Shown here one piece after another: positions 52,583 to 64,000 of a stretch of 64,000 bases of DNA. Position 1 is the first letter of the stretch. Every line of letters begins with the position of its first letter. The notes under the pieces are model-generated. The model was given only the letters and a program-made list of their open reading frames with translations. It searched no databases and was not told where the DNA came from. Location of the stretch: assembly GCA_973895155.1 (NCBI GenBank), contig OZ316895.1, positions 16,410,170 through 16,474,169 on the forward strand, in the 5' to 3' direction. This DNA comes from Marsupella aquatica (taxonomy: Eukaryota > Plantae > Marchantiophyta). The position numbers and the translations under genes were made by a program.

Positions 52583-55500
52583 ATGGCTGGCCCGGGTGGC
52601 ATGAAGGTTACCGATCTCAATGGGGTGAAAGTTTACACCGTCTCCGGTCAGCGGTCGGTTGCGTCGTGGGTGAACCCCGCCAACCTGCGGAGTCTGCGCA
52701 AGGATGAAGGTGAGAACGCTGACGAGTTTCTGTCCATCTCCGTGTCGAGAAATTGGATGGAATTGTTTCGTTTCGTTGTCCTTCAGTCGCATGGTTTAAT
52801 GTAGCTCGGCACACAGCCTCTTGCGACCGCAGCTGAATTTTGTGTTTCTTTGGATTGAGCAGACTATATGCGCAGGATTGAGCTTTTGCAAGACCTGCAG
52901 TTTGATACTGCTTCAACTCGGATCAAAGTGACACCTGATGGCCAGTTCCTCGTTGCCTCAGGTAAATTCATTATTTCAGAACCAATTTGTTTCCTTCCCT
53001 TTATGTTGTCCCAAGTTTTCCTTAAACCCTAAACCCTGTGCTGAAGACGGGCAAGTTTGGTTTGTTCTCCTTCTTTTCAATGATGAAATGTATTCGGTAT
53101 GCAGGAACCTATCCCGCGCAAGTGAAGGTCTATGAGCTGAACGAACTGACGTTAAAGTTTGAACGACACTTGATTTCAGATATTGTTGATTTCCAGGTGC
53201 AGTTTGGCTTCCTGTGGAATTTGTAGTCCTCCGCTTTTATTTTCTTCTCACAGGAAGCCTGTTTTTGTCATGATATGACTGTGATTTCTCATGACCTTAT
53301 TATCTTGTGAATGTGGTAAAATCTACTGATCCCAGCATATTCGTTTGCACATTGTCGTGGAGGACGTCTACCTTTTTTTCCAAGTCTTTGACCAAATTTA
53401 AATGATGCAGGTTCTTAGTGATGACTACTCCAAAATGGCCTTTTTGTGCATGGATCGTTCTGTCTGTTTGCATGCCAAGTTTGGCAGCTACTTTAGTACC
53501 CGGATACCAAGGTGGGCGTTGGAAGACTTTATTTGGAATGTATGCCTTGAACTTGCTGTTTCTTGTCACAATCGCCAACTCAAAATTTGATACACTAGTT
53601 TTTCCGTAGGGATAGCTTATTTATCAGCTGCAAATTTTTCATCACCACTGGAGTTTCTGCTGTTTATAGAGGCCGAATTTCCATCCGACACTCATATCTG
53701 ACTGATTGTGTTGTTGTATATTTTACAGAATGGGAAGGGATCTAGCATATGACAGTTGGTCTTGTGATCTTTTGGTTGCCGCATCGTCATCGGACCTTTA
53801 TCGTCTTAACTTGGAGCAGGTATTTCCTTTAACAAATATGTTACTCCTTTTTAGAGAACCACGTAATCAACATTTATTCCTATGCTTTGCTGCCTGCGGG
53901 ATACTGGTGGTCTGGCATCCTTGAGTCTGTCCTCACTCATGCTCATCTGTTCTTCAGCTTTAGGGTTTAGGGTTTAGGGTTCAGCAATCCTGCTCTTGGA
54001 AAGAAGTTGAGTAAGGTGGACTTTCTGAAATTTCTGTTCGGATGAACTTCCAAAGTTACTAAAGGAAAGAGATCATTTGCATGGAGGATATGTCACGCAG
54101 CTTCCTTTCTAACTCACTACCTCTGGACCTTCTCTCCTACCCCAGCCGATTTAAGGCATGGATTGGTTGCTCTATAAAATATTCACTGTTGTCACGTCGC
54201 AGGGACGATTTTTGGCCCCACTCCAAAGCCGATCCCCTGGCATAAATGTCATTGGTCGCAGGTATAGTTTCTGGAAACCCAGGAAAGTCAGAATGTTCTC
54301 TTTTGATAGATGACTGACTTAATTAGTTCCAATGGGAATAGGACGTCCAGTTGTTTCGTTCATGCCTGGACAGTGTTGTACACTTTATCATGTCTCAGTA
54401 ACCCGAAGATTCCTATTCCCTCCTGGCACCGAAAACACTGTACGATTTCCCTTGTATCAGAGTAACTTATGCTATCAGAAACTCCTTTTCTGCCGTTTTG
54501 CTCCACCCAATTCTTTCAGGATGGGATTTAGAAATTCCCCCATTTGGCCTTGCAAATTTCTGATTTAGCTATCGATCAATCCCTTTCTCAAAAACACCTA
54601 CTTGTAGTTTGATTCTCTCTGCAAGTGTTCATGGGTTTGGCTGGCCTTTCCCCTTAGTCAAGCTAGTGGATTTATTCTTTTCTGGTGGATGTATGTAAAC
54701 TTTTAATATTCAGATTTTAAACATTTGCCATGACAGTCCTGTCCACGGCTTGATTGCCATAGGAGGAGAGGATGGTGCAATTGAATGCTTTGATCTGCGG
54801 CAAAAAGCAGCTATCGGTCGAATTGAATCAGTTAGTGGCCCTGACGACGACACCCAGGTAACATACCTAGGTTCATACTAGGAGAACCTTGTTCAAATCT
54901 TGATTGTCAATGATATTACTGCTGTACTTGATTGTCAATGCACATTGTCATGGCTGAGATACGTTGTCTAAATCACTTCGCGAAGTTTATGTTTATTAAT
55001 TTCACAGAACCAAATGAGCACAATTCTGACTTTGATCTCGGTAGATATGCTGTAGGTGTGCCTATCTAGAAGGTGGGATGTGAGAAAAGTTGTAGTGCTC
55101 TACTATATTCCTTACTTTTATTTCTAAAAGAAGATATTCTGCTTCTAAATTTGATTTTATACGCCTGGGGGAATAAAACTCGTGAATTGAACATTTCTTC
55201 CTGCGCTTTGTGGCTGCAGGAAGTCACTGCCTTGCGTTTTGATGAAAGAGAGGGAATGCTTCTTGCTGCTGGAACCAGCTCTGGCAAGGCAAGTGCTTTA
55301 TGTGCATCCTTCTTGTCACCGTGCACTGTAACTTGAAAAACTTTTATAAGCTTGCCATATCGTTGATTTGTTGTTTTCACATACGTCAAGTGACTTAATT
55401 TGTCTTCTTTGCTGAATAGCTTGTTTTCAGGTATTTCTTAAGATCGTTGGGTCTGATTAAAGCAATTTTCTGTTCCAGGTTTTTCTTTACGACTTGCGAT

Positions 55501-58500
55501 CATCAACTCCAATACATGTCAAGGATCACATGTTCGTTCGTTTACCTTTCAGCCTCAGACGTTCTTTGGCTTTCTTAGTTTCAATGAACTTGTCTGTAAT
55601 GCTCATGGTCCAGAAGCTAGCAGATACTTCTTCCTTGATCTACATCGTTTGACTGGGTTTATTTTGTATTTAATATGCTACATACGATACCCATCGCGTC
55701 CGCCATTTTGAAGCTAAAGTGCAGTGTCCAATTGGTGGTATCGTTGAACGAGTGGGAGGGAGTGTTCATGACAGTGTATTTGAACGATGAGATTGTCAGC
55801 ACCTAGGCATTCAACTTTGGAAAGCTTGTTTAGAGTCCGTAGGCCAGGCGTATCTCATCCGAATTGTAGTGAACAGTAGCCATCGTTGAATTTCGCGTTT
55901 CACATAATGCGAGGAATTTCTCTCCCCTAGCATACTTGGAGACACGGGCTGACTCAACTTATTACTGGCATCAGGTACGGTGCTCCTATTGTCGACATCA
56001 AGTGGCACGAGAGTGTGAGCGCAAAGTCAAGACATTTAATCACTACTGACTCCAAAGTAGTCCGGATATGGGACCCTCAAACAGTACGTGACAAGTCGCT
56101 CTAGTTGGGTTTTTCAGTGAATTTTTGAGGTGCTTTCCACTTCTGATCTTGTTAAGGGTGTTGTGATGAGCTGCTTTGAGGTTTTGCACTGTAATGTGCC
56201 AACAATAATGTTTTTGGCAGGGCAAAGGAATGACAAGTATTGAGGCACCGGCTGGAGAGATCAATGATTTGTGTGTCTACCCAAACAGTGGACTGCTGTT
56301 TATGGCCCTTGATTCTCCGCGAATTCCTTCATATTTCGTTCCTGCACTAGGGCCAGCTCCAAAGTGGTGTTCATTCCTTGAAAATCTTACGGTAAGCTCA
56401 TCAGTTTTCAGTGCTCACTGCTTTGGGGCTGCCACTCTAATTAGGAGTTGCCGTCATTAAGTTCTTGGTTCCGATTGTCACCCTCTGCCAAACCATGACT
56501 GCAAAACACTTGAGGAGCTGTCCTTCATTTCTCCCACTGACATAAGACATTGAGTAGCATCAAATACCGAACGCTATCATTGCATATTCTTTTCACAATT
56601 TATAATATCGCAATGTGGAACAGGTAGTTGCACGTTGCTCATGCCGTCTACATTGCTCGATATGGGTGTGACTGCTTGAGCTAATCAGAAAACCTTTTTT
56701 TTCTCACATTCCCAGACTTATTTGTCTTGACAGGAAGAGCTGGAGGAAAATTCGCAAACCACTATCTACGATGACTACAAATTTGTCACCAGGAAAGACC
56801 TTGAGCGTCTGAACCTAACAAATCTGCTAGGCACCAATCTGTTGCGTGCCTATATGCATGGTTTTTTCATCGATTATCGCCTTTATGCCAAGGTGTGTGA
56901 ATCAATATTTCTTTGGTTCTGCTGAAGCAGCAGCTAGTGCCGCTCATCTTACCTCACGTCATGATTACCCACCCCTGTTTGGAGCCTTAGAAATCCTCTG
57001 AAAAGTGTATCAAAGGCTCTTGAACGGTAATCAGCTTCTTTTCTTAAGGTCCCGCAGTAGCCAGAGCTGTTATTAAATTGTGCTTTTTACTAGGGAGATC
57101 CGTATCTCAAACAATTTCTAAGTCTTGGAGATTGTTTGTGAACAGGCAAAAACTCTTGTTGATCCTTTCGCCTATGAGGTTTATCGTCAAAAACGAGTTC
57201 AAGAGAAACTAGAGGCAGAACGGGCGTCACGGATAACGGTGAGAACCCTACAAAAGGCCAGATCGTTTTCTGACTCAAAAACTAGTGTAGATATCAACTA
57301 ACATGTGCGTTTGAAGCTAAAATTGAGTGCGGTCTTCCTATAGGTGAAAAAGAAGCTGCCCAAGGTGAACAAAGAACTTGCTGCACGTTTATTGAATGCT
57401 AAAGAAAGGAGGGGTGGAGCTGCTGAAGCGGTGGTGGATGATGATGGAGAGACTGTGGAAGAACGTCAATCAGCGGGAGGAAAATCATCTGCACAGACTG
57501 TCCTAACAGATGATCGGTTTTCAGCTTTGTTCAAGGACGAGGTATTCTGACTCATCTGCTTATCCTTATTCATGTGGGATTTTCTGAGATATGACGATGT
57601 ACCAATGTGTGGTATCATGCCAAACATACCAAAGATGTACTGGTCAGAGTCATGGACTTCAGTATTACTGGCTTACTCTGTGGGCAAGTAGAATCTGCAC
57701 CGGTTGACTTGTTTCTCTTGTGGCTTGCAGTCCTTGAAAGTGCTCTCACAGCATCTTACTCTCTAGGTGTCTGAATTTAATTTTAGAAGTATAACTGCAA
57801 TCTACAAGTACTGTATCTGGCTTTTGATATTTGCACTCGTTGGGAGAACTTCACATGGTGAATAGATATTTGCAGTCTGCTGCAGAGATCTAGAAAGAAA
57901 CTTCAGTGTTTCGCTCTGACAACATCTTTCAAATGTTCCTCTGAAAAGAAGCATTAAATACGTTTTGCAGTATCACCTATTCTTCTGCACAGAGTGAAGT
58001 TCTAGAATTATGGTGGACTTGGCTAACTCGTGGGATCTTGCATTTGCAGGCTTTTCAAGTCGATGAAGATGCTCCAGAATATAAAGTTCTACATCCTAAT
58101 GCGAAGAGGACAGCACCTGTTAGTGAGCATTTTGATCGTGTCTCTGAGGATGAGACAGAAGGGTCAGAGAGTGACAGCGGTAGTTCTTCTGAAGAGGATA
58201 ATCAGATGACTGGATCAAAGAGGAAACGTGGGGAGGGTTCATCCCAGGGCGAAGAACGAACTGGGAAACCGAAGTCGAATGCCAAACCAAGGTAATTCAT
58301 CATTGCACTTGACTGGCATGTAGCCACTTGACCCACATCATTAAGATACGGCGGCATGTTTTAGGAGAGAGCATATGTTGTGAAGTACAGAACCGTGTAT
58401 TGGCTCATATTGCTCATATTTCTGGGTTCACATATCTGTCGGCAATCTGATTATGTCAATAACAGTGAAAGGTTTTAGCTGAGAGAAGTACATAACATCT

Positions 58501-59073
58501 TAGTGACACATTTATGCGAAGGGTGAGGTAAGTAGGAGAGGATATGAAATCGTATAAGTGGAAGGGATCTCAACGGCATTGTAGATATGTTCATCATGTG
58601 CTGGAAAATTCCTACTACTCACTTACAACGTGTCCTTTTGTGTCTCGTTTTGTGCTTGTTGTGGCAGACTTTATGAGGCAAAGGATGAAGTTCATGCACA
58701 GGCATTTAGAAGCAACGTATCTCTGGTTGCAGAGCAAAGGTTACCTCTGGAGGAACGTGTTAGCAAAATTGGGAAGTCCAACACATTTAATGGAAGTAGT
58801 GTTAAAGGTCTTGGCGGCAGCCGGGAAATATCATTTAATCCAGGGTCAAACTCTAGAAATACATTCAATGAGACAAGTAGTCATAAGCGCAGCATCGATT
58901 CTCTTGGATTGAGCAGAGACGATCAGGGCAGAGGCAGGGGAAGAGGGAGGGGAAGAGGAGGAGGAGGAGGAGGAGGAGGGAGGGGAAGAGGAGGAGGAGG
59001 AGGAGGGAGGGGAGGAGGAGGAGGAGGAGGGGGAGGGCGAGGAGGAAGAGGCAGGGGTAGAGGGCGAAGTTAA
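52583..59073 (+). CDS. NOL10: Nucleolar protein 10 (NOL10/Enp2), WD40 SSU-processome factor, multi-exon
   Basis: NGVKVYTVSG, IELLQDLQF, GTYPAQVKVYEL, LSDDYSKMAFL, PALGPAPKWCSFLENLTEELEE, YDDYKFVT, LRAYMHGFF, KKLPKVN, DDRFSALF (NUC153 region) and a C-terminal RG/G tail. Confidence 0.95.
53023..53037 (+). promoter_or_regulatory. Telo-box-like motif in NOL10 intron 2
   Basis: taaaccctaaaccct contains AAACCCTA; function is inferred only. Confidence 0.4.
53959..53981 (+). repeat. Interstitial (TTTAGGG)3 telomere-like repeat in a NOL10 intron
   Basis: tttagggtttagggtttagggtt read directly. Confidence 0.9.
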
Positions 59074-60272
59074 TAGAACCCAGGGATTGATACCAGTCGG
59101 GAAATTTTGTAGACTGCTAGGTTTTTTAAGTTTTGAAGAGTGTAAGATTTCGGAGCACGTGAGAGAAGCATTCCTGTTGTTTTGTTCCCCAATTGTTGTG
59201 AAAGTTCTGCACGGGAAAATTTATTGATTGTTTGACCTACTTGACAGCCTTCTCCTTCTGGAATCATTTTTGTATCCAACGATATTACTTTGGCTGGTGC
59301 TGAAACGAAGAACAGTGTAGAATGGAAGTACTCGCAGGATTTGTAACACGATGTGCAGTCTCGGCCCTTGGCTAATGGATCCCTTCCGCTAACGTTCTTA
59401 TCTGTAGTATATTATGTAAATTCGTTACTAAGTCCTGGTTGTCGCGTACAGTTCATAGTGGAACAATAGTTTCATTGCGAGATGGAAATTACTATGTAAA
59501 TTCGCAGTTCCTCTATCTTTTATCCACACCACCGTAGCCATAGCTTGACAATTAACTGAGGGACTCACGGGAGCATTTGCACACGCTTTAAAAAGTTGAC
59601 TCCAGACTAGGGACTGTTAAAAATCGAGTCGCAACATCACAATTGGAGACATGTTATCTTCTGTAGGTGAAAAGCACGAATTTGTGCGATCTTCAAATTT
59701 TGGGCCACAAACTGGGAACCCGAATATGTAGCATTTTTGTTATTTCGTCTGTAATAGCCAAGTCAAATGCCTGCGGGAGAAATACCGTATGCCTTGTTAC
59801 TTGGGCAAAGAGTATTAATTGTCCCTCTTCACTCAGCTTCCATCCTAATGCTCCGATGGATCCTTCAAATGGGGCTTATTCAAACGCCATACAGCCCACA
59901 ACTCCCGTCTATGGATGCTAGGTCCTAAAAGTTTTGCAAACAGACTCACATTTTCCATAGTGAGCCTACTCTTGTTGCAAATTTCGGCGTCGAAGATATA
60001 CACGACCTCGAGGCTGCTCTAGGAAAGACCTCGTCTTCCTTCACTTGAGTAATTCTGCACAACAAAGTCTACTGCTCTCTAGGTTGCCTTAAGACCTCAA
60101 TCACTACGTCAGTTTCGACGGACAGTGCACAATCGCACAGAAAGAGAACATCACGATTTGGGTGAAATTTAATTGAACTAATTTGAATACAATTTTGAGA
60201 ATGAATAGATGGGGCCAAGAGGGCCCTTTTCGTATGCCCTTGATGTCAATTCTACCTCCGGTGAGCCAATGT

Positions 60273-60463
60273 GTCTTGGTTGATTTCAGCCACATGTAGA
60301 CTGTTGAGCTTTTCAAATGGGTTCATGTGTCAGGAGTCCCCAGATATCGCCTACTTCTAATTCTCAAAGTCTTGGTTGGTTCAGCCACATGTAGATTGTT
60401 GAGCTTTTCAAATGGGTTCATGTGTTAGGAGTCCCCAGATATCGCCTGCTTCTAATTCCCAAA
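60273..60463. repeat. Tandem duplication, ~96 bp x2, overlapping the MSRA5 stop codon
   Basis: gtcttggttg..ttcagccacatgtaga.tgttgagcttttcaaatggg...ttctaatt.ccaaa starting at 60273 and 60369. Confidence 0.92.
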
Positions 60464-63089
60464 GATTTTCAACAATTGAGGTCTGCTCTTGAGTAAAGGG
60501 CTGACCTTAGCATCAATTAGCTTTTCTACGGACTTCCCACAAAATCCAGCAGCATAGCTGTTCAACTTGGCTGCGGTGGTGGAGGTAATCAGTTGATCTT
60601 CCGACCAATCCCCAAAGAATTGAAACAACGTCATCTTCCTTTTCAGCTCGAATTTCTGCATCGTAATAATGTGATACCCTCACCATCAGCAACGTGACTC
60701 AGAGAGCTACAAGAAATTGTCCCATCAGAAGAACTCTCAAATCTAACTAATCCATTGTTATTTCTATTGGTAATTGCGTGGAATTGAAAAAAATTGGTGA
60801 GCCAGTCAAAAAATAAGTTTTAACTTGTTTTGTCTTGCATAAGCACATCAGCTAGTTTGGATGTCCGCATGTAAGAGTCTGAGGCCTGATTTGAGCTAAG
60901 ACATCTGCTGCAAAATACTCTGAATCACTGACAAGAACAAAACCGCGTATCTCATTACAGTGCGCTTTAAATGAAAAACCACTTTATGCACTTAAGTTTC
61001 GCTTAAAACTCGGACCAACCAAACGTAATGCTTAGGGACGGGTACTAATTCAGGCAAAGCAACTTTACGATCTCGAGTTACCTTCTCTGCAGAAGATCGA
61101 ATGGCGGGCAAGGCCCCTGATCTTAAACCCAAACCAGTCCTTGCTAAGTCACTGTGTTGTGATGTATAATGCAATCCTCGCCAAGGTAAGTGTACTATAT
61201 TGAGTGGTAACTGCTGCATTGATTGCAGATTGGCTCTGGGTACGATGGGTGCTGTCTGGAAGAATTGAGTCCTTTCTATTTGCTCGGGTATGAGATATCA
61301 AAAGTTTGGATCGACAGAGAAGACAATCACTTAAGGAGAGCTTCGAAAGGGAGCAGGATAGTCATCCATCTCAGTTGCAAGATAAAAAAGAGCCAAACGG
61401 GAACTGCGACTATGAATTTTATAGTCTCTCATTACGACAATGATTAAGATTACACGGAGCTGTCCTTGACACGTTCCAGATTCTCCTCTACAAGATGAAA
61501 ACAGTTCAACGGAAATGCAATCTAGAAATGATAAAACAGTGTGATTGTTGAAGGAAGAAAGAGACTGTTTAAACGGACGATACCTGATGTTCTGCTGCTG
61601 CTGCGTAAAAACCTGACAAAGGTAGCACTTCAGTAGTGACGACAGTCGACCCTCCCACTTTGATTTGCTCTCTTTCCTTGCTCACAATAGCGAGAACTCC
61701 TTCGTCCTCGCTCTGAGTTAATATAACAGACCTGCATCATCGTCCCAAATTGCCAGATCGGGACTTAATAAGTAGGGGCCTTCCAACTGATTAACTCCTA
61801 CAACCTCAGAAGGGAAAGTCACGACACTTGTCGGTATTGACTCCGCATACAAGGTATCCGTCCCAAGCTGGAACTGGTGTCTAAAGCGTCAAATCTACTC
61901 ATGTTTTGAGTTGGTCAAAACAAAGTAACAAGCATGCCTCAGATCTGTGTAGTCGAGCAACGGCTAAAATCTCTGGTTGCAACCAAGCCAGCATTCACCA
62001 TCAGGCCAAGAAGGAACTTGATTTTTACCTGTACTGGTCACCGACATCCGGGCCCTGGCCAAAATTCTGTGTAGGGTCATGATTTGACCAGAACACATCG
62101 AGCAACTGCTCGTATCTGATTGTTGAGGAATCGTACTCAACCTGAAACAACACGATCTTCTTGAATCACTACCGGGATATGACCTGGAAAAAAGCTGCTA
62201 TAACTGTTTACGTGGTGTAAACGTGTAGAAGCTAGGTCCATTCCTGACATTTTGAAACAAGTTGGACCCGGCTTTAAGTTTGCGTTTATTGGGAGTTCCT
62301 GAATTTACTGCAACTAAATTCACTTTGAAATAAGGCAAGAGTAAAAAGCCAACGCTTGTTTTGTTTTACAATAACTTCTTCAAACAATTCGCTTTGTTTG
62401 CAAACTATTCAATTTGGTTTACGACAACGATGGCAAATATATTCACTACTGGTTTATTTACAACTACTTCCATGAACAATTCCTTTTGGTTTAAAACATC
62501 TACCACAAACGACCCAACGTTCCATTTGGTGTGAAACAGCTGTCACAGGAAGCAATTGTCTTGGGTTTACAACAACTTCCACAGTCAACTCTTTGTAATT
62601 TGCAACAAGTACTAGTACAACAAAGAATTCATTCAATTCACAACAACTGTCAGCAGTAGTTCCTTTTGGTTACACAGCATCTGCCACAAAACAAATGATC
62701 TCGCTGTAAAACCAATTGTTTCGCGCAAGATTCGATGAGAAATCATCGTGCTACGTACGAACCTCGACACACTCAGCCTGATCACCGATGTTGTGATAAT
62801 CAGGGTTCAGTTTGGTGCCTCCGCAATATCCCACCCGCGTTTTCAGCACTCCCTGCAGACATCCGAACACGGCCTCCCCTCTCCAGAAACTTCCCATGGC
62901 GAACACCGCTGTAGCCCTCCTCGGCCCCTCCTCGCCTTCCTTCTCGCGTACCAATTCTGCAGTCCCTTTCGAGACCCGAATTCCGTGCGCAACGCCAACG
63001 CCATAGCAAATCCATAATCCGACCACCACCACAGACAGGCATCGAAATCCTTCCGCACCGACACGATTTCTCTCTGTACGAAGATGCAT
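60452..63089 (-). CDS. MSRA5: Peptide methionine sulfoxide reductase A5-like, 4 coding exons
   Basis: Exons ~63089-62763, 62142-62029, 61731-61584 and 60655-60452. Hydrophobic N-terminus, [49 protein letters not shown] and AAKLNSYAA. Confidence 0.92.
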
Positions 63090-63404
63090 GACTGTCGGTC
63101 GGTCGATGACTACGACGAACACAGAAACGAATGAAGCACCAGAAGTCGGAACTACTATTAGAGATAAGACTCTCTTAAACTTTTCTCTCTCTCGCCCTCT
63201 CAATCCTACAAAAAATCCTGATTCCCGGATTACTCTCCTTTCGAGAGAAATTGGACGGCGGTCTGTTTTCCTAATCTCCGGTTCCGTCGGAGCTCGATCA
63301 GGAGAACGTGGGCGGAAATCTCTTCACTGTTGAATCTTGACCACGTTCATATACGCGTAAAACCCATAGACAACAGTAGATGTTTACCGAAAGGGGGCTC
63401 TTTT

Positions 63405-63497
63405 TTCTGCTCTACTCTAATCTACTCTACTCTACTCTCCTCTCCTCTCCTCTCCTCTCCTCAGTTCTGCACTTCAATTTGCTCTCTTTCTCTCTAG
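63405..63497. repeat. CT-rich microsatellite upstream of MSRA5
   Basis: (CTACT)n followed by (CTCCT)n, read directly. Confidence 0.85.
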
Positions 63498-64000
63498 AGA
63501 GACGGCTGAAGACAGAGTCGGACATGATCGTGCAGAATTGAAAGACCAAAGGCTCCTGAAAAACCTTACATCGAATCGACGGATCGAACGGGGTTTAGAT
63601 ATCTGTGAACGTCACAGTTTTCCGTTTGCTTTTGTAGCATAGTTTTTGGGGGGAAACTCGACGTGTTATTTTCCCCTCCCCTGTTTAATATATAGTAGCC
63701 TGATTACCATTGCAGGTGATTTGACCAAATAAAGACACTCTAAGATAGTCCTAATGTAAGTTTACAGATATTTCTGAGTTGGGGATCTGCACTTTCTTTA
63801 ATAGTGTATAGTAGCCTTGTTTAATATATAGTAGCCTGACTACAGTAGCCTGATTACCCTTTCCTCGAAGAAAAAATGAATGGCAATAGAAAAAACTTGA
63901 TTCAATGCTATTTCGTGTTCATCCCTTTGTCTCCAACCTCACTTTCAGTTATGCCTTCAATTAGGGGGGCTTTACAAGATTGCTATTAGTGTTCATCCCT

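Noticed and set aside
53820-53832. Donor GTATTTCCTTT as a U12-type intron
   Set aside because: Does not match the strict GTATCCTT consensus, and no U12 branch site was seen near the acceptor.
12395-63089. The seven genes as a functional cluster
   Set aside because: They act in unrelated pathways (NAD synthesis, mismatch repair, splicing, ribosome biogenesis, redox), as expected for an ordinary housekeeping neighbourhood.

Overview
Gene-rich, intron-containing land-plant nuclear DNA, probably a non-seed plant such as a liverwort (inferred from gene style, not proven). Seven conserved genes were reconstructed from splice sites and motifs: L-aspartate oxidase (+), MSH7 (-), Aquarius/AQR helicase (+), an At3g10970-like plastid HAD phosphatase (+), NOSIP/CSU1 (-), NOL10/ENP2 (+) and MSRA5 (-). 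The first ~11 kb and the intergenic spacers are repeat-derived. The clearest unusual feature is a decayed Ty1/copia element whose pol frame is split by a 1.23-kb insertion (626-1857). That insertion is flanked by a 4-bp AGAG duplication, starts with a perfect 20-bp hairpin, and carries a 32-codon mitochondrial cox2 fragment, so it is a likely NUMT. Other items worth checking: an eroded ~280-codon frame of unknown family (46047-46883), an unassigned ~250-codon Cys-rich frame (9492-10243), two dispersed repeat families near gene starts, a higher-order repeat upstream of MSH7, a GC-AG intron and telomere-like motifs in NOL10, and a candidate uORF before L-aspartate oxidase. I found no convincing new multi-gene system; these are candidates only.
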